A stretch of 64,000 bases of DNA from the human T2T-CHM13v2.0 reference genome, Homo sapiens. Each line of letters begins with the position of its first letter. The stretch's first letter is position 1. The DNA is taken from assembly GCF_009914755.1 (NCBI RefSeq), contig NC_060938.1. One strand, given 5' to 3'. The notes under the pieces are model-generated. The model worked only from the letters and a program-made list of their open reading frames with translations. It ran no database searches and was not told the origin of the DNA. Shown piece by piece: positions 1 to 40,749 of the stretch. The position numbers and the translations under genes are program-made.

Positions 1-258
1 AGGAGCATGCGACAAATGAAAACAGAGGTGAAGTAGCCAGTAAACCCAGTGAACTGTGAGTTCTTCTCATTTATCCCATGTTGTTATTCCTGCCACTTTA
101 ATTAGAAAGACATCATTTAGGGAACAAATGAATGTTGGTGATTTGAGTCTTTTCAGCATGATCAGGGAAGATGAAAGTCGACCCTAGGTCAAATTCCAAC
201 TTCATTGCTTAAAAGTGGAAAACAAGCGTCTCTCTGTTCTCTGAGGAAATGAAAATAA

Positions 259-637
<379 letters not shown>

Positions 638-768
638 CATAATTCCTTTATGTTTTGTTTGACATTTGAAAGCTGTATTTTATAAGATTTTCCTCGACAT
701 GTACCAAGGTTACTGATTCACTTAATTTCTTTTTATATGTGTAAGAACCCAATTCTAAACTCCTGTAA

Positions 769-1014
<246 letters not shown>

Positions 1015-1176
1015 TAAGAGTGTGGCACTCCATGCCTCAAACCAAAACGAACTGAAAAAGCTAAGAGATTCTTATTTATACCTTTCCTCCATCTCAGAGG
1101 AAAAGAGTGTTTGGGATTAAATTCAATCGGAGTAGTAGACACGGAGTCCCTCGTAGGTTAAGAAATGGATTAACCT

Positions 1177-1921
<745 letters not shown>

Positions 1922-2045
1922 CTAAAGGAGATAAGTTTATGTATAAAAGGATATTTGCTGCCTCACTATATAGAAGGAAAACGACTTCATCCTCATCACC
2001 AGATAGGGATTCTTAGCCCTCTCTGTGCATAAATTCCTGGAAAAC

Positions 2046-3022
<977 letters not shown>

Positions 3023-3047
3023 GGAGATATTTTAAAACCACAGATCC

Positions 3048-4820
<1,773 letters not shown>

Positions 4821-5179
4821 TTCATAATCTTCTTTTTAAGTTTTCTAGCACGTTCAAACCTCACTGGTTTCTCTAAGGAAACGGCTGAGACCTAGCTTGA
4901 CATTGCAAGGTTTGTGGGAAATTATGAACACCATCATTTAAAAAAGTAGTTATTATCTTTTCTCATAACATAAGCTTAAGGTTAGTGATCTCTATCAAAT
5001 CTTGGCTGGCGTGATGAGAAATGGGAGAAAGGAGATTATTTACTAGACTGTACATACACCACATACTTGTGTTCTAGTGTGGGTAAGACGGGAAGGCAAG
5101 AGACAAGAGGGAGGTATTCTTACTAGGGCATAGTCAAGGAGAAAATGTCTTTAATTCTATCCATGTTCAGACAGAATAA

Positions 5180-5422
<243 letters not shown>

Positions 5423-6034
5423 TGATATCACACAATTTATAAGTGATATTCAAATCCAAGCCTCACAACTCGGAGTCTATGCTTTTCCCAGTATTTCCCA
5501 TTAGTTCTCTATTAAGAGGAAGGCTCAAGCTCTGCCTGCTAAGGTGAAATAAAGTGGAGTTAACTTGTGTAAGGGTTACGGTCCCCTACGAAGACCACAA
5601 CCAGAATGTGATTAAATTAGGAAGCCAAAAGCAGTCACAGGGAAGGGAAGGAAACTAGCCTTTTAATTAGCACTTTCTGTGAGCTGTACTCTGTCCCAGA
5701 TATTTACAGTCATGATCTTTTTTAAGCCTGACAACAGCCCTCAAGGTAAGTATATTTAGCATTAGCACACATTAGAAACTAACATCTGATTGGTGGAAAT
5801 AGAGTATCAAGGGTCAAAGTAAGGTCAGCACCATCCTTTTATTGAACAAATATTTATCCAGTACCAGGAATTGCAAAGCACTGGGATACAAAGATTCCAA
5901 GGGTAAGTAAGAAAAAACTGCCTTCAAGGAGTTTATAGGAGTGAGAAAACAAGTAAACAAATTCAACTATCCTATGCAGGGTATGGGCAGGACACAAAAG
6001 AGAGAGTAGTCAGACCCACCAGTGGGTGAGGTGC

Positions 6035-6674
6035 TGATATGGCTGATAAGTGGAGGAACACCAGGGCTCTTGTCTCACGCGAATTAGATAAAACGACACG
6101 GACACAGGTGGAGCGGCTTTAAGGAGCGGAGAGTTTAATAGGCAAGAAACAAGGGAGAAGAAAGACGGAAGAAGCTCCCCTGTACTGAGACAGAGGGAGA
6201 AGGACTCCAAAGCAGAGAGGGGAGACCTCATGTGCCGGGAAAAGTGGCTGCTTATATGAGTAGGCAGGAGGAGGTAGTGTCTGATTTGCATAGGGCTCAG
6301 GGGATTGGTTTGACCAGGCATGTCACTCATGTAGCCTGTGGAAAAAACTGGCCCTCCTACCCTAGTCTTTTAATATGCAAATGAAGGGCGCCATGATGTT
6401 CTACACACGTGGGGATATGTGGGGGTGGCCATGTTGCCAGGTACAGGTCGGGGAAAGGACAGGAAGACAAGGGCGGGAATCGCCATGTTTGGGTGGACCC
6501 AGTTTCTAAAGACCTGTATTTGCATATCAAAGGTTGCCTTCCCGGCTGTAAGAGCCAGGGCTTTCCTGCTAGACAAAAAACGTTTCTGGAGCTGCTTTAA
6601 AGGACGAGAAAACTTTCCAAGGACCCCTTTTCCTCTCTATCTGCCTAAAATTATTTTTAATAACTCCTTTAACA
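6035..6674 (-). mobile_element. ERV1-class solo LTR (MER4-group-like; subfamily uncertain)
   Basis: TG...CA termini, exact 4-bp TSD GTGC (6031-6034/6675-6678), 640 bp, TATA-like and ATTAAA motifs on -. Confidence 0.85.
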
Positions 6675-6698
6675 GTGCCAGATCAGAAAAGGATTAAT

Positions 6699-9050
<2,352 letters not shown>

Positions 9051-9203
9051 GAAAATTAAAGCTCAAATGATGAACTACAATTGCCCAGAATGGAAACCCT
9101 ACCTACCAGGGAAATTATACTTCCAGAGAAATGCTAGGGTGAAAAACAAGGTTAACGAACAGTACAAAGGTAATAAGCTATTAATCAAAGTCATTCTTTG
9201 TGA

Positions 9204-9458
<255 letters not shown>

Positions 9459-9905
9459 TGAAAGATACCATCTACATTTCAACTTCAGGGATGTTAGAAT
9501 GTGTATCTTAGCAACAATATGAGTATTGCATTTTTTCAAATGACAAAAACGAAGCTCCGAGTAGTTAAATCATTTGCTTAAGATTACACCATTAGAGGGA
9601 AAGCTTGGATTTGTACTTATGTCTGTTTTTCAAAGTCCTTGCTCTTTCATAATGTTTTGCTGCTTCCCTAGCAGTAGAAACCCAGAAACAGTGAAGACTT
9701 ATTTTGGAAAATCCTCATTAATCCCAATACAAGTTTCTAGCCGACCTTCAATTGGTTCAAGTCTTTCTAGTTGGATGGCTTCTCAGACACTGGAGATGGT
9801 GATAGAAAGCCTCTCACCCACGCCCCTCCCTGCCATGGACAGGGGAAATCCTGTGCAGGGGAATAGATTTTAACATTTTATCTCAAGGGCTACTATCACT
9901 CTTAG

Positions 9906-14720
<4,815 letters not shown>

Positions 14721-15082
14721 TCAGCATAGTAATTTATAATCTAGGTCAAAGACAAATATTCTCTAAACTCACCGTTGGTGAAGGTAGATGGAGGCATGGG
14801 GTTTGAGAAAAGGAAGATTTTGTTCCTCATTTCTAATCCGGCAGGCCTGAGAAGGTCTTGATACATAGTTCCCTGACTAAAGAAAGCCATCATGGTGGAG
14901 AAGTTCCTTGGGAAATGGATATGACTTGGGGTGTTTGCTCAGTCAGATATCTGAGACCTAAACAGAAATGGTACTGAGCAATAACTCAGTAGGACTCAAA
15001 AGTTCCAAGGCAGTTGGTAAATGACAGTTATGAATAAAGCAAGGGCAGAAAAAAACATGTAGGGGAGAGAATGAGGAACTAG

Positions 15083-15391
<309 letters not shown>

Positions 15392-15501
15392 TGAGCCATC
15401 ATTTCTTTAATCCCCTCACTTGATCCTATTCTTTTGTGGGTTGTAGGTAACTAGAATGAGAACACTAGCAATAGATCAGATCTACAATCAGGAAAACATG
15501 A

Positions 15502-17030
<1,529 letters not shown>

Positions 17031-17448
17031 AGAAAAACACACACACACACATTGGAACACAGAAATGCCCATCCTCCATCCAGGCCAGGGTGGGTGTGAA
17101 GATGGGTGCCACAGAGAGCTAGTAACCTAGAAGTCAGAATGGAGTGGGGGTGGAGTTGGTGAGATACTGGTTTCGATGCTGCTGTCAAAAAGTTTGGATT
17201 ACCCTAGTCAAGTGATTCCCTTTCTGTTTTGTGTTGTTATTGTTATTCCACTTTCCACTCTACCATTCTGCAGGTGTCTTTTGTTTTCGGAGTGCAAGTA
17301 GTATCACCTCAGTTTACTGAGTCAATAAGCTAGAGTCCTCCTCTGTAGAAATAATAGAGAATTGCTTCTCAAATTTATAACATTAATTAAACCTTAGTGG
17401 GAAGATTAAATTCACACTTGATCCAACTCTGACCATGGTGATAAATAA

Positions 17449-17739
<291 letters not shown>

Positions 17740-17768
17740 TAATATTTTGTCCTGACTGAGGACACTCT

Positions 17769-18306
<538 letters not shown>

Positions 18307-18619
18307 TGATCCGCCCAACTCAGCCTCCCAAAGTGCTGGGATTACAGGCACGTGCCACTGTGCCCTGCTTGAGGACACTTTTTGGAAAACTGTGAGAAGG
18401 CAGAGCGTAGAGAACTTCATGAGCTCCACCCATTTCTTCCACTCTTTGCAGCTCATAAAATTTAGAATCTTTTTCAGATGAGGACTTGAAAAGATCTGTG
18501 GAAGAGCAAACAGCCATTAGTGGCTGTATCATCTCCCTTCACTGCTGCTACTGAACATGAGAACTAGGGGAAAGAGCACTTGTGAAGTCATACAGGTCCT
18601 TGTTTACATTTTGGAGTAG

Positions 18620-18904
<285 letters not shown>

Positions 18905-19295
18905 TAACAGGAACGTGGGAACCACTCACAGGACTGGGAATGAAGCAAGACCTAAGTTTCCAGGGCTGATACCAGGTGATGTGCTATCCTGAGCAAACAC
19001 ACAATGGCTGTCCTTTGAAGAACTTGAGGACTCACACATGCCCACGGCACCTTGGCACTAGGAGCCAGTGATGGGGCCAGCCCATGCCAATGGCAAGCGT
19101 AAGACTTCTGGGTTCAAATTTTGCCAGTCCTAGGAACCACCCTACCTCAATGATAGCACAACTAGTCTTGGAGGGGTCTGCAAGGAAATCAAACCTTCTT
19201 CTAGTGGGTGAACCTGCCCAGCTAAGGATAGCAGTCTTCTTGACCTAGCCAGTGCCACATTTTTTATGCTCTTTGGTTTTAGGCCACTGAGATAG

Positions 19296-20909
<1,614 letters not shown>

Positions 20910-22058
20910 AATAAAAGCACATAAGTGTCTCTGGGCCGTGATTTATCCATGTCAGCGTGAGTCTGATAAAAGATCACTGCTTCTACCTACGTCTGAAGAT
21001 TTATTTGCTTTAGCTAATAGTTCTTTGATCACTGGTAAGACTAAAGAGTTTTTCTATGTTCACCAGTTATTTGTATTATTCCTTTTGAGAATTGACCGTT
21101 CCTATCCTTTGCCTACTTCTTAACAGTATCCTATTGATTTATAGAAATTCTTTTTATGCTGAGATTATTACTCCTGCATCATGTAATGCAAAATTTTAAG
21201 TATATTATATTTAATTATATTAATCTTGTTAATTAAGAAAGTAGTCTCCTTATTCGTGTGTGTGTGTGTGTGTCATGAAGACATTCCGATGTGTCCAGAA
21301 TATTTTATTCTACTGCTTTAACTCTTAAAATAGGACCTTCGGCAGCAGCACACTGTGTTGACTCAAATATTCCCCAATTTGAAGCAGGCTATATATCAAA
21401 GTTTCTGATTGGTTGGACTTGGGAGATAATACCCAGATTTGCTAGACTGTCTACCTATCTTTGCGTCCCACTGCCAATATTTCCTACCTCTTTCCAGTAA
21501 GTCTCTTTTCCCACTTTTTACTCCATTACTCTTTAACTTATAATGTACTTTTTGCCTTCTTATGTTGAAACCAAATTCTGAACAGAATGAAAGATCTCCT
21601 GACTGACCTGGCTAGAGAAGGAGAAGCATTTCTTGGTGGGACTCAATGTAATGTCATAGACACTATGTCTGCAACTTGCTATTATCTCCACGGCCAATAT
21701 ACCAAACTTGTAGAAATATTCATGTTTTTGTGTTTCTAGTACTTCTCTTATGGAATTACCAGTTAATCATAGGGCCACGATGTACACCAAAACAATGTCA
21801 TATATAAGATAAAATGTGCCCCCAGTGTTTTCCTAAGTTTAGCATCTACTTTCCAGTCACTCCTTTTGTACCTTCTCCCTAAAGCTGGCATTGGATTATT
21901 TGGCTATCGGAATTCAATGCTCCTGGTTGTCCTTCTGTTGCTTTTCCTTTTGAATCACGTGGTTTCTTGAAATAATCACAACTTGGACTTCCACCATGTG
22001 TTTTATATTTCTTTTGTCCACCCTCCTCTACCCTAAGAAAGAGCTCCCTACCCTTTAA

Positions 22059-22906
<848 letters not shown>

Positions 22907-23284
22907 TGAGCACAGTTCAGTCTTCCACTCTCAATAAGTGTTTGTTGAATGTGAATGAAAGAGAAAACTGTCACACCACAACTAGTCTGGATTATTCCCT
23001 TGGTCAGGCTTGAGTCTGAAATGAAAGTATGCCTTTGGAGCGAGCTACATCCTTCATCCTTGCTGTGAACAGAATAGCTTCTCTGTGCCATTCTCTAAGT
23101 TAAGTCGTGAGTGCCAGTATCTCCCTGAAATAACTGCCAGAGCCAGTTTGCAGGCAGGTGAAGATCATTAGGTTTCTTCCTGATCCAGTTGGGATAGCTG
23201 TTCTCTAGATCATAGCTCTTCCTCACCACAGATCCTAGGCTTCACCTACAACAGTCTCAAGCTGCCCTTTTCCTCAATCCATGA

Positions 23285-23716
<432 letters not shown>

Positions 23717-23923
23717 TGATTACTTGCTTGAAACAGTCTCTCTTAAAACCTGAAGATAAAGGATTTAGAATATTGTCAAGAGCAACAGAGCAGAAGACTT
23801 AGAGCCTCACTACTTGTGTGGAAACACTGGCTTCTTCTGCTTCTTTTCAGCCACAAAGACAACATTCCTAAGTGGGTAGAGCCAGCAACCTGAATTCTAT
23901 ACCTCTGTATCTGAATAAACTTC

Positions 23924-24138
23924 TTTGTTTTTTGAGATGGAGTTTCGCTCTTGTTGCCCAGGCTAGTAGCTGGGATTACAGACATGCGCCACCACACCCG
24001 GCTAATTTTTGTATTTTTAGTAGAGATGGGATTTCTCCATGTTGGTCAGGCTGGTCTTCAACTCCCGACCTCAGGTGAACCTCCCACCTGAGCCTCCCAA
24101 AGTGCTGGGATTACAGACGTGAGCCACCGCGCCTGGCT
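23924..24138 (-). mobile_element. Internally deleted AluS
   Basis: CCCAGGCT joined directly to AGTAGCTGGG (part of the right arm missing). Confidence 0.88.
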
Positions 24139-25091
24139 GAACAAACTTTTTCAAGCTCTGTAATGCTGTCTAGTATCTGTCTTTACTAAAGGCCTGTTGT
24201 TTCTTAGTGCATGACTACATAGATATCTGATTATAAACTGAGACCTTAACACTCCCCCATCATTCTCTCACTTCTTTTAAACACTGGACACAAGTTAGAG
24301 AGATTTCCACACCAGATCATGACAAACACAAATTTCTTGGATTTTTTTTTTCCTCCCAATGTGGAGCTGAGCTCCATACTGTCTTTCCTAACTTTTATAC
24401 CTAGGATTGTGGGGGTGTACCAAGAGGGGTCAACTCTTTGACTACAGTCCTGGGAGGGTGAGGTGGGGGTATCCATGTTTTCCTTAGGAAGTGGGGATAG
24501 CTGCAGTCAGAAACAACCATATTTAACAAGATTCTGGATGCTCCAGGACATGTATGCAGCTCTCTCCTCAATACAACTGCTTAAAAAAAGGCTGACACTT
24601 CTGGACACAACTCCTTTGCCAAACAGGGGAGGCAGTATAAGCCACCTGTTAATCAGTGTTACAAATCAGACATCTGGCATTTCGAAAGAGCCATTTTGCT
24701 TAAGTTTTCTTGGGACCACTTGAGGGTAGAGGTAACAGTTTTCTTGGTACAACTAAGGCACAGTAAGCATTTGATAATAGTAATAATAATGCAGCCTTGT
24801 TCATTGGCTGGATGACTGATGACAAGCAAGCTGTACTCCTTTTCATACACCCTTCACTATCTCTTCCTGAATCCTAGAGATAACCCATCTTCCCTGATTA
24901 ATATTCTAACTGCACTGCTGTTTGATTTTACTTCTGAGTGTATCATCATCGTAATTATTTAATGGATGTTAATTAATTGCTGATAAAATATGTTGAAATT
25001 AAAAATGGGAAGGAAGTAGATAAGGTGCTGACAAATGCTCACTTGCTTATTTCATGTGATCAGGTCTTATTAATATCTGTTTGTTTCTCAG

Positions 25092-25276
25092 GTGATTTTA
25101 ACCTCACTGACCCTGCAGAGAAACCCAACGGATCTATTCAAGTGCAACTGGATTGGAAGTTTCCCTACATACCCCCTGAGAGCTTCCTGAAACCAGAAGC
25201 TCAGACTAAGGGGAAGGATACCAAGGACAGTTCAAAGATCTCATCTGAAGAGGAAAAGGCTTCATTTCCTTCCCAG
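25092..25276 (+). CDS. RPGRIP1: RPGRIP1 coding exon 17
   Basis: tctcag|GTGATT...TCCCAG|gtaact; [31 protein letters not shown]...ASFPSQ. Confidence 0.97.
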
Positions 25277-25843
25277 GTAACTCTCCAGGACTCCACAGGT
25301 AGCAGATCTCTGCCAATCCTATGGAGCAGATTTGAAGGAGACAGTATTATAGTTGAAGTAGGTGCAGTGGCTCACGCCTGTAATCCCAGCACTTTGGGAG
25401 GCCATGGCAGGCGAATTACCTGAGGTCAGGAGTTCAAGACCAGCCTGACCAACATGGGGAAACCCTGCCTCTACTAAAAATACAAAAAATTAGCTGGGCG
25501 TGGTGGCACATGCCTGTAATCCCAGCTACTGGGAGGCTGAGGCAGGAGAATCACTTGAACCTAGGAGGTGGAGGTTGCGGCGAGCCGAGATCACGCCATT
25601 GCACTCTGGCCTGGGCAACAAGAGCAGAACTCTGTCTCAAAAAAAAAAGAAAAAGAAATTCCCTCTGTGAGTGTCATGTGTCCTGTGAACTTAATATATA
25701 TCCCTCATAATGCCATGAGACTACTGATGGAGCGAAAGCCTGGGTTTTACTGCGGAAAAGAGAGAGAAATAGCATTTCTCAGCTCCATGAGGAGAGAAAT
25801 GAAGTCTAACACTAGTTCCCAAATCCCTTTCTTGTGTTTCTAG

Positions 25844-26104
<261 letters not shown>

Positions 26105-26271
26105 TAAAAACTCTGAAGCACTAAATTGTGGGTTGTAGTGTCCCCAGATGTATTATTCTCAGAGGTAGAAGCAGAAGCAGAAGCAGACACACAAGATAAG
26201 CACTAATCGGCCGGGCATGGTGGCTTCGGCCTGTAATCCCAGCACTTTGGGCAGTTGAGGTGGGCAGATCA

Positions 26272-26885
<614 letters not shown>

Positions 26886-26934
26886 TCAATGTAATTTAAT
26901 TCAGCATATTATGTACTCTACAGTTTATGCTTAA

Positions 26935-27279
<345 letters not shown>

Positions 27280-27281
27280 TA

Positions 27282-27866
<585 letters not shown>

Positions 27867-27917
27867 TAAAATCTATTTTTTTTCCTAGCACTTTGGGAGG
27901 CCGAGGTGGGCAGATCA

Positions 27918-28172
<255 letters not shown>

Positions 28173-28321
28173 TCATTTAATTGTTTTGCCAAGCTAGTTA
28201 TTTACTTTTCTCCTTCACCTTAGAATGCTAAAGTTTTCATGGAAAATTAGTATGTAAGACCTGAGGCCCAGTTTTGTGTTACAAGTGTGATGGTTGGGTT
28301 AACCAAGGCTGGAATTCTTAA

Positions 28322-29049
<728 letters not shown>

Positions 29050-29404
29050 TCAAATTTTATGCCTAAGGTCAGTGCCTCACATGCCTTCCTCTACTTCTGA
29101 CAGTGGTCAGAATAGTGGTTACTGCTAGGAGAAGGGGAAGAGGGTTATCAGGAAAGGACACCCTTTGGGCATCTGGAGTGCTACCAGTGTTCTATTTCTT
29201 GGCTGAACGGTGATAGAGATGTTCATTTTACAACAATTTAATAAGTTGAACATTTATATTTCATGGGCTTTTCTATGTGCTTGAAAAATTTAATAATGAG
29301 AGGAAAAATATAAAGGTAGATATGGAAATATTATGAAAAGAGAGTCTTTACTACTTAAAAAAGCTTTTTTTCTAAATCTCTAGAAGCATTTTATATATAT
29401 ATAA

Positions 29405-29750
<346 letters not shown>

Positions 29751-30423
29751 TAAATGGGAAGAGCATAAATGATTTTTCTCATGAGAAGGATAATTTTTCT
29801 ATTGATTATGTAATCTGATTTCTCCGTCAAAGTTTACTCAATGTAAGGAAGGTTAACAAGAATAACCAAGCCCAAAATTTCCCAGAGCCAAATTTACATG
29901 ACTGGCAAGAAATCCTGGTTATAAGAGAACAATTCCATTCTTATGATTTGCAGACAATGGAATATTATTTAGTCATAAAATAGTAGAATAAATAGTAACA
30001 GTGTATCTAGATAGCTTCAGTGTATCCAGACCTGAATGCCGGGTTCCAGTTATCTCCATACTCCCAATTTACATTTCTTCAGGTATTTGATTGAGTATAA
30101 TCTATATCCACTAGCTTTTTCTCCTTGTAGAATGTGAAATATGGGACCAGAAGGTAATCTAAACCTCATGTACTATATGGTCATCTATTTATAGTCATAA
30201 ATAATAAAAGAAGACTATTTCTGTGGAAGCCTAATTGTTAGTTATTGTTTTAATATCGCTGTTCTCCATGAATTTCAAAAGATCAAGACTGGCCAGGCGC
30301 AGTGGCTTACACCTGTACTCCCAGCAGTTTGGGAGGCAGAGGCAGGCAGATCACCTGTCAGGAGCTTGAGACTAGCCTGGCCAACATGGTAAAACCCCGC
30401 CTCTACTAAAAATGCAAAAATTA

Positions 30424-30564
<141 letters not shown>

Positions 30565-30909
30565 TCAAAACAAAAACAAAACAAAAACCTCAAAAGCACC
30601 AGTTAGTACTCGCAAGAAGCTAAAATCTGCCTGGTTTCAGATGTCTGAGTGGAGCTATCAAGCAGGATGCTGTAGTTGTTGAAAAAGAAGCTTATTAATC
30701 TTTTAGACAAAGATCTAAGGGTATTAGGTAAAGGCCATCAAGAAATGAAAAGGGCCTGATTTTAAGGCCATTTCCACATATGTAGACAAAGCCTTGTGTC
30801 TTTTAGCAGCCTTTGCTTTTGCTGCCCGCTCAGACCTTTTCCCTTTGAGACCTCAGTGAAACAGACAACCCAAGACTTTGAAATTTTACAGAAGAGGCAC
30901 AGCTTGCCA

Positions 30910-31722
30910 TCCAGTTATCTAATGCTATGTAACAATCTACTCCAAAACTTAATGACTTAAAACAATTGTCATTTCTTTGGCTCACTACTCGGCATGTTAG
31001 GCAGGTCTCATGAAGAAGGCTCATTTCTCCTCTCTCAATGTGGCATTAGATGGGGTAGCTCAGCTAGGGGGCTGATGGGTTCATCTTGCAAGATAGCTCA
31101 CCCTACTAGCTGATCAGGTGGTCCTGGCTGTCAGTGGTTGCTTGGGCTTCCTCACAGGTTGGTAGCTGAGTTCCAAGACAGCAAGGTACAAGTCCATGGC
31201 ATTTTTGTGTTCTGGCCTTAGAAGTCACATAGCATCACTCCTACCGTACTCTTTCAGTTGAGACAGTCCAAAAGATCCACCTTAATTGAAGGGGAGGGGA
31301 CAAAGACCCCACCACTCAATAGGAGCAGCGTCAAGGTCAGTCGCATTGTAAGGAGAGCAGCTGAGATAGGAGAGACCATTTGAGGCCACCTTTTTTTTTT
31401 TTTTTTTTTTGAGACAGAGTCTCTTGTCGCCCAGGCTGGAGTGCAGTGGCTCGATCTTGGCTCACTGAAACCTCTGCCTCCCGGATTCAAGCAACTCTCC
31501 TGCCTCAGCCTCCCGAGTGGCTGGGACCACAGGAGTGTGCCACCAAGCCAGGCTAATTTTGCATTTTTAGTAGAGACGGGGCTTCACCATGTTGGCCAGG
31601 CTGGTCTAAAACTCCTGACCTCAGGTGATCCACCTGCCTCGAACTCCAAAAGTGCTGGGATTACAGGTGTGAGCCACCACGCCCAGCCAGAGAGGCCATC
31701 TTTGGAAAATACAATCTGCCCC
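30910..31722. mobile_element. MLT1-type (ERVL-MaLR) LTR interrupted by an Alu (31391-31688, -)
   Basis: MLT1 motifs TGTAACAA...CCAAAACTTAATGACTTAAAACAA and GAAGTCACATAGCATCACT; GAGGCCAYCTT duplicated around the Alu. Confidence 0.7.
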
Positions 31723-32037
31723 ACCCAATTGCACAGCTTTACCTCAAGCTTGGCCATTTTCTTCAGCCCCCACAAAAGGACTTCCTTTCTTCCTTCCTTA
31801 CTCTCACCCTTCCTTCCTGTCTTCCTTCCTTTCTTCCTTTCTGTTTTTCCTTCTTTCCCTTTCTTTTTTTGAGAAGTGAATCCTGTATGTTTGGCAAGCT
31901 TCTGAATAAGTGTACCTTTGAAAAAGAGGGTTTGATTCTTAGTAAGTGAAGGCAAAATCTAGACACTCGGAACTAGTGACCAGACAGTGGATTGGAGATG
32001 TGTGTGCTGGGTCTTTTCTTGGGCTAAAGTGCTTTGA

Positions 32038-32187
<150 letters not shown>

Positions 32188-32227
32188 TAATCATTGCATA
32201 CGAGATAAGACGATAAATAATGACAGT

Positions 32228-40032
<7,805 letters not shown>

Positions 40033-40482
40033 AGTTGAGAAATAGCTGTTTAGAAATTTATTTATTTGTATATAATCATCGGGTACAAGCACAGTTTTGC
40101 TGCATTGATATATTCCACTGTGGTGAAGCCTGGAGCGACGCACATTGTTCCCACCAAGCAACCTCCCATCATCCACCCTCCCCGCCGCTCCGAATCAGAC
40201 ATTTTTTTTTATTCTTTCTATATGTGGAGATGACTGAGAAAGGCTGTCCTGGAGAAATGATCCACTGGACTGTGAGAGAGAAGAGCTGGGTTCTCTTTAT
40301 AAATTTCCTATCAATTAACTATGGCAATTAAGTCAAGTTGTCTTTTGATGCCAGTTTTACCTATAAAAGGATTCTCAGGGAATAATATAGTAGATAGATT
40401 ATACCTATGGTTGATTTCTAGAGAGTACCGTAATGGGTTAATTGGATGGCGTATAAGCACTTGGAGCCTCACTAACCTTTAG

Positions 40483-40749
<267 letters not shown>

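Noticed and set aside
21337-21350. CTTCGGCAGCA resembling the U6 snRNA 5' end
   Set aside because: Only ~11 nt match; no continuation, tail or TSD
24977-25091. In-frame upstream extension of exon 17 (MLIKYVEIK...)
   Set aside because: Starts at TTG with no in-frame ATG; the nearest alternative AG (28 nt upstream) is out of frame
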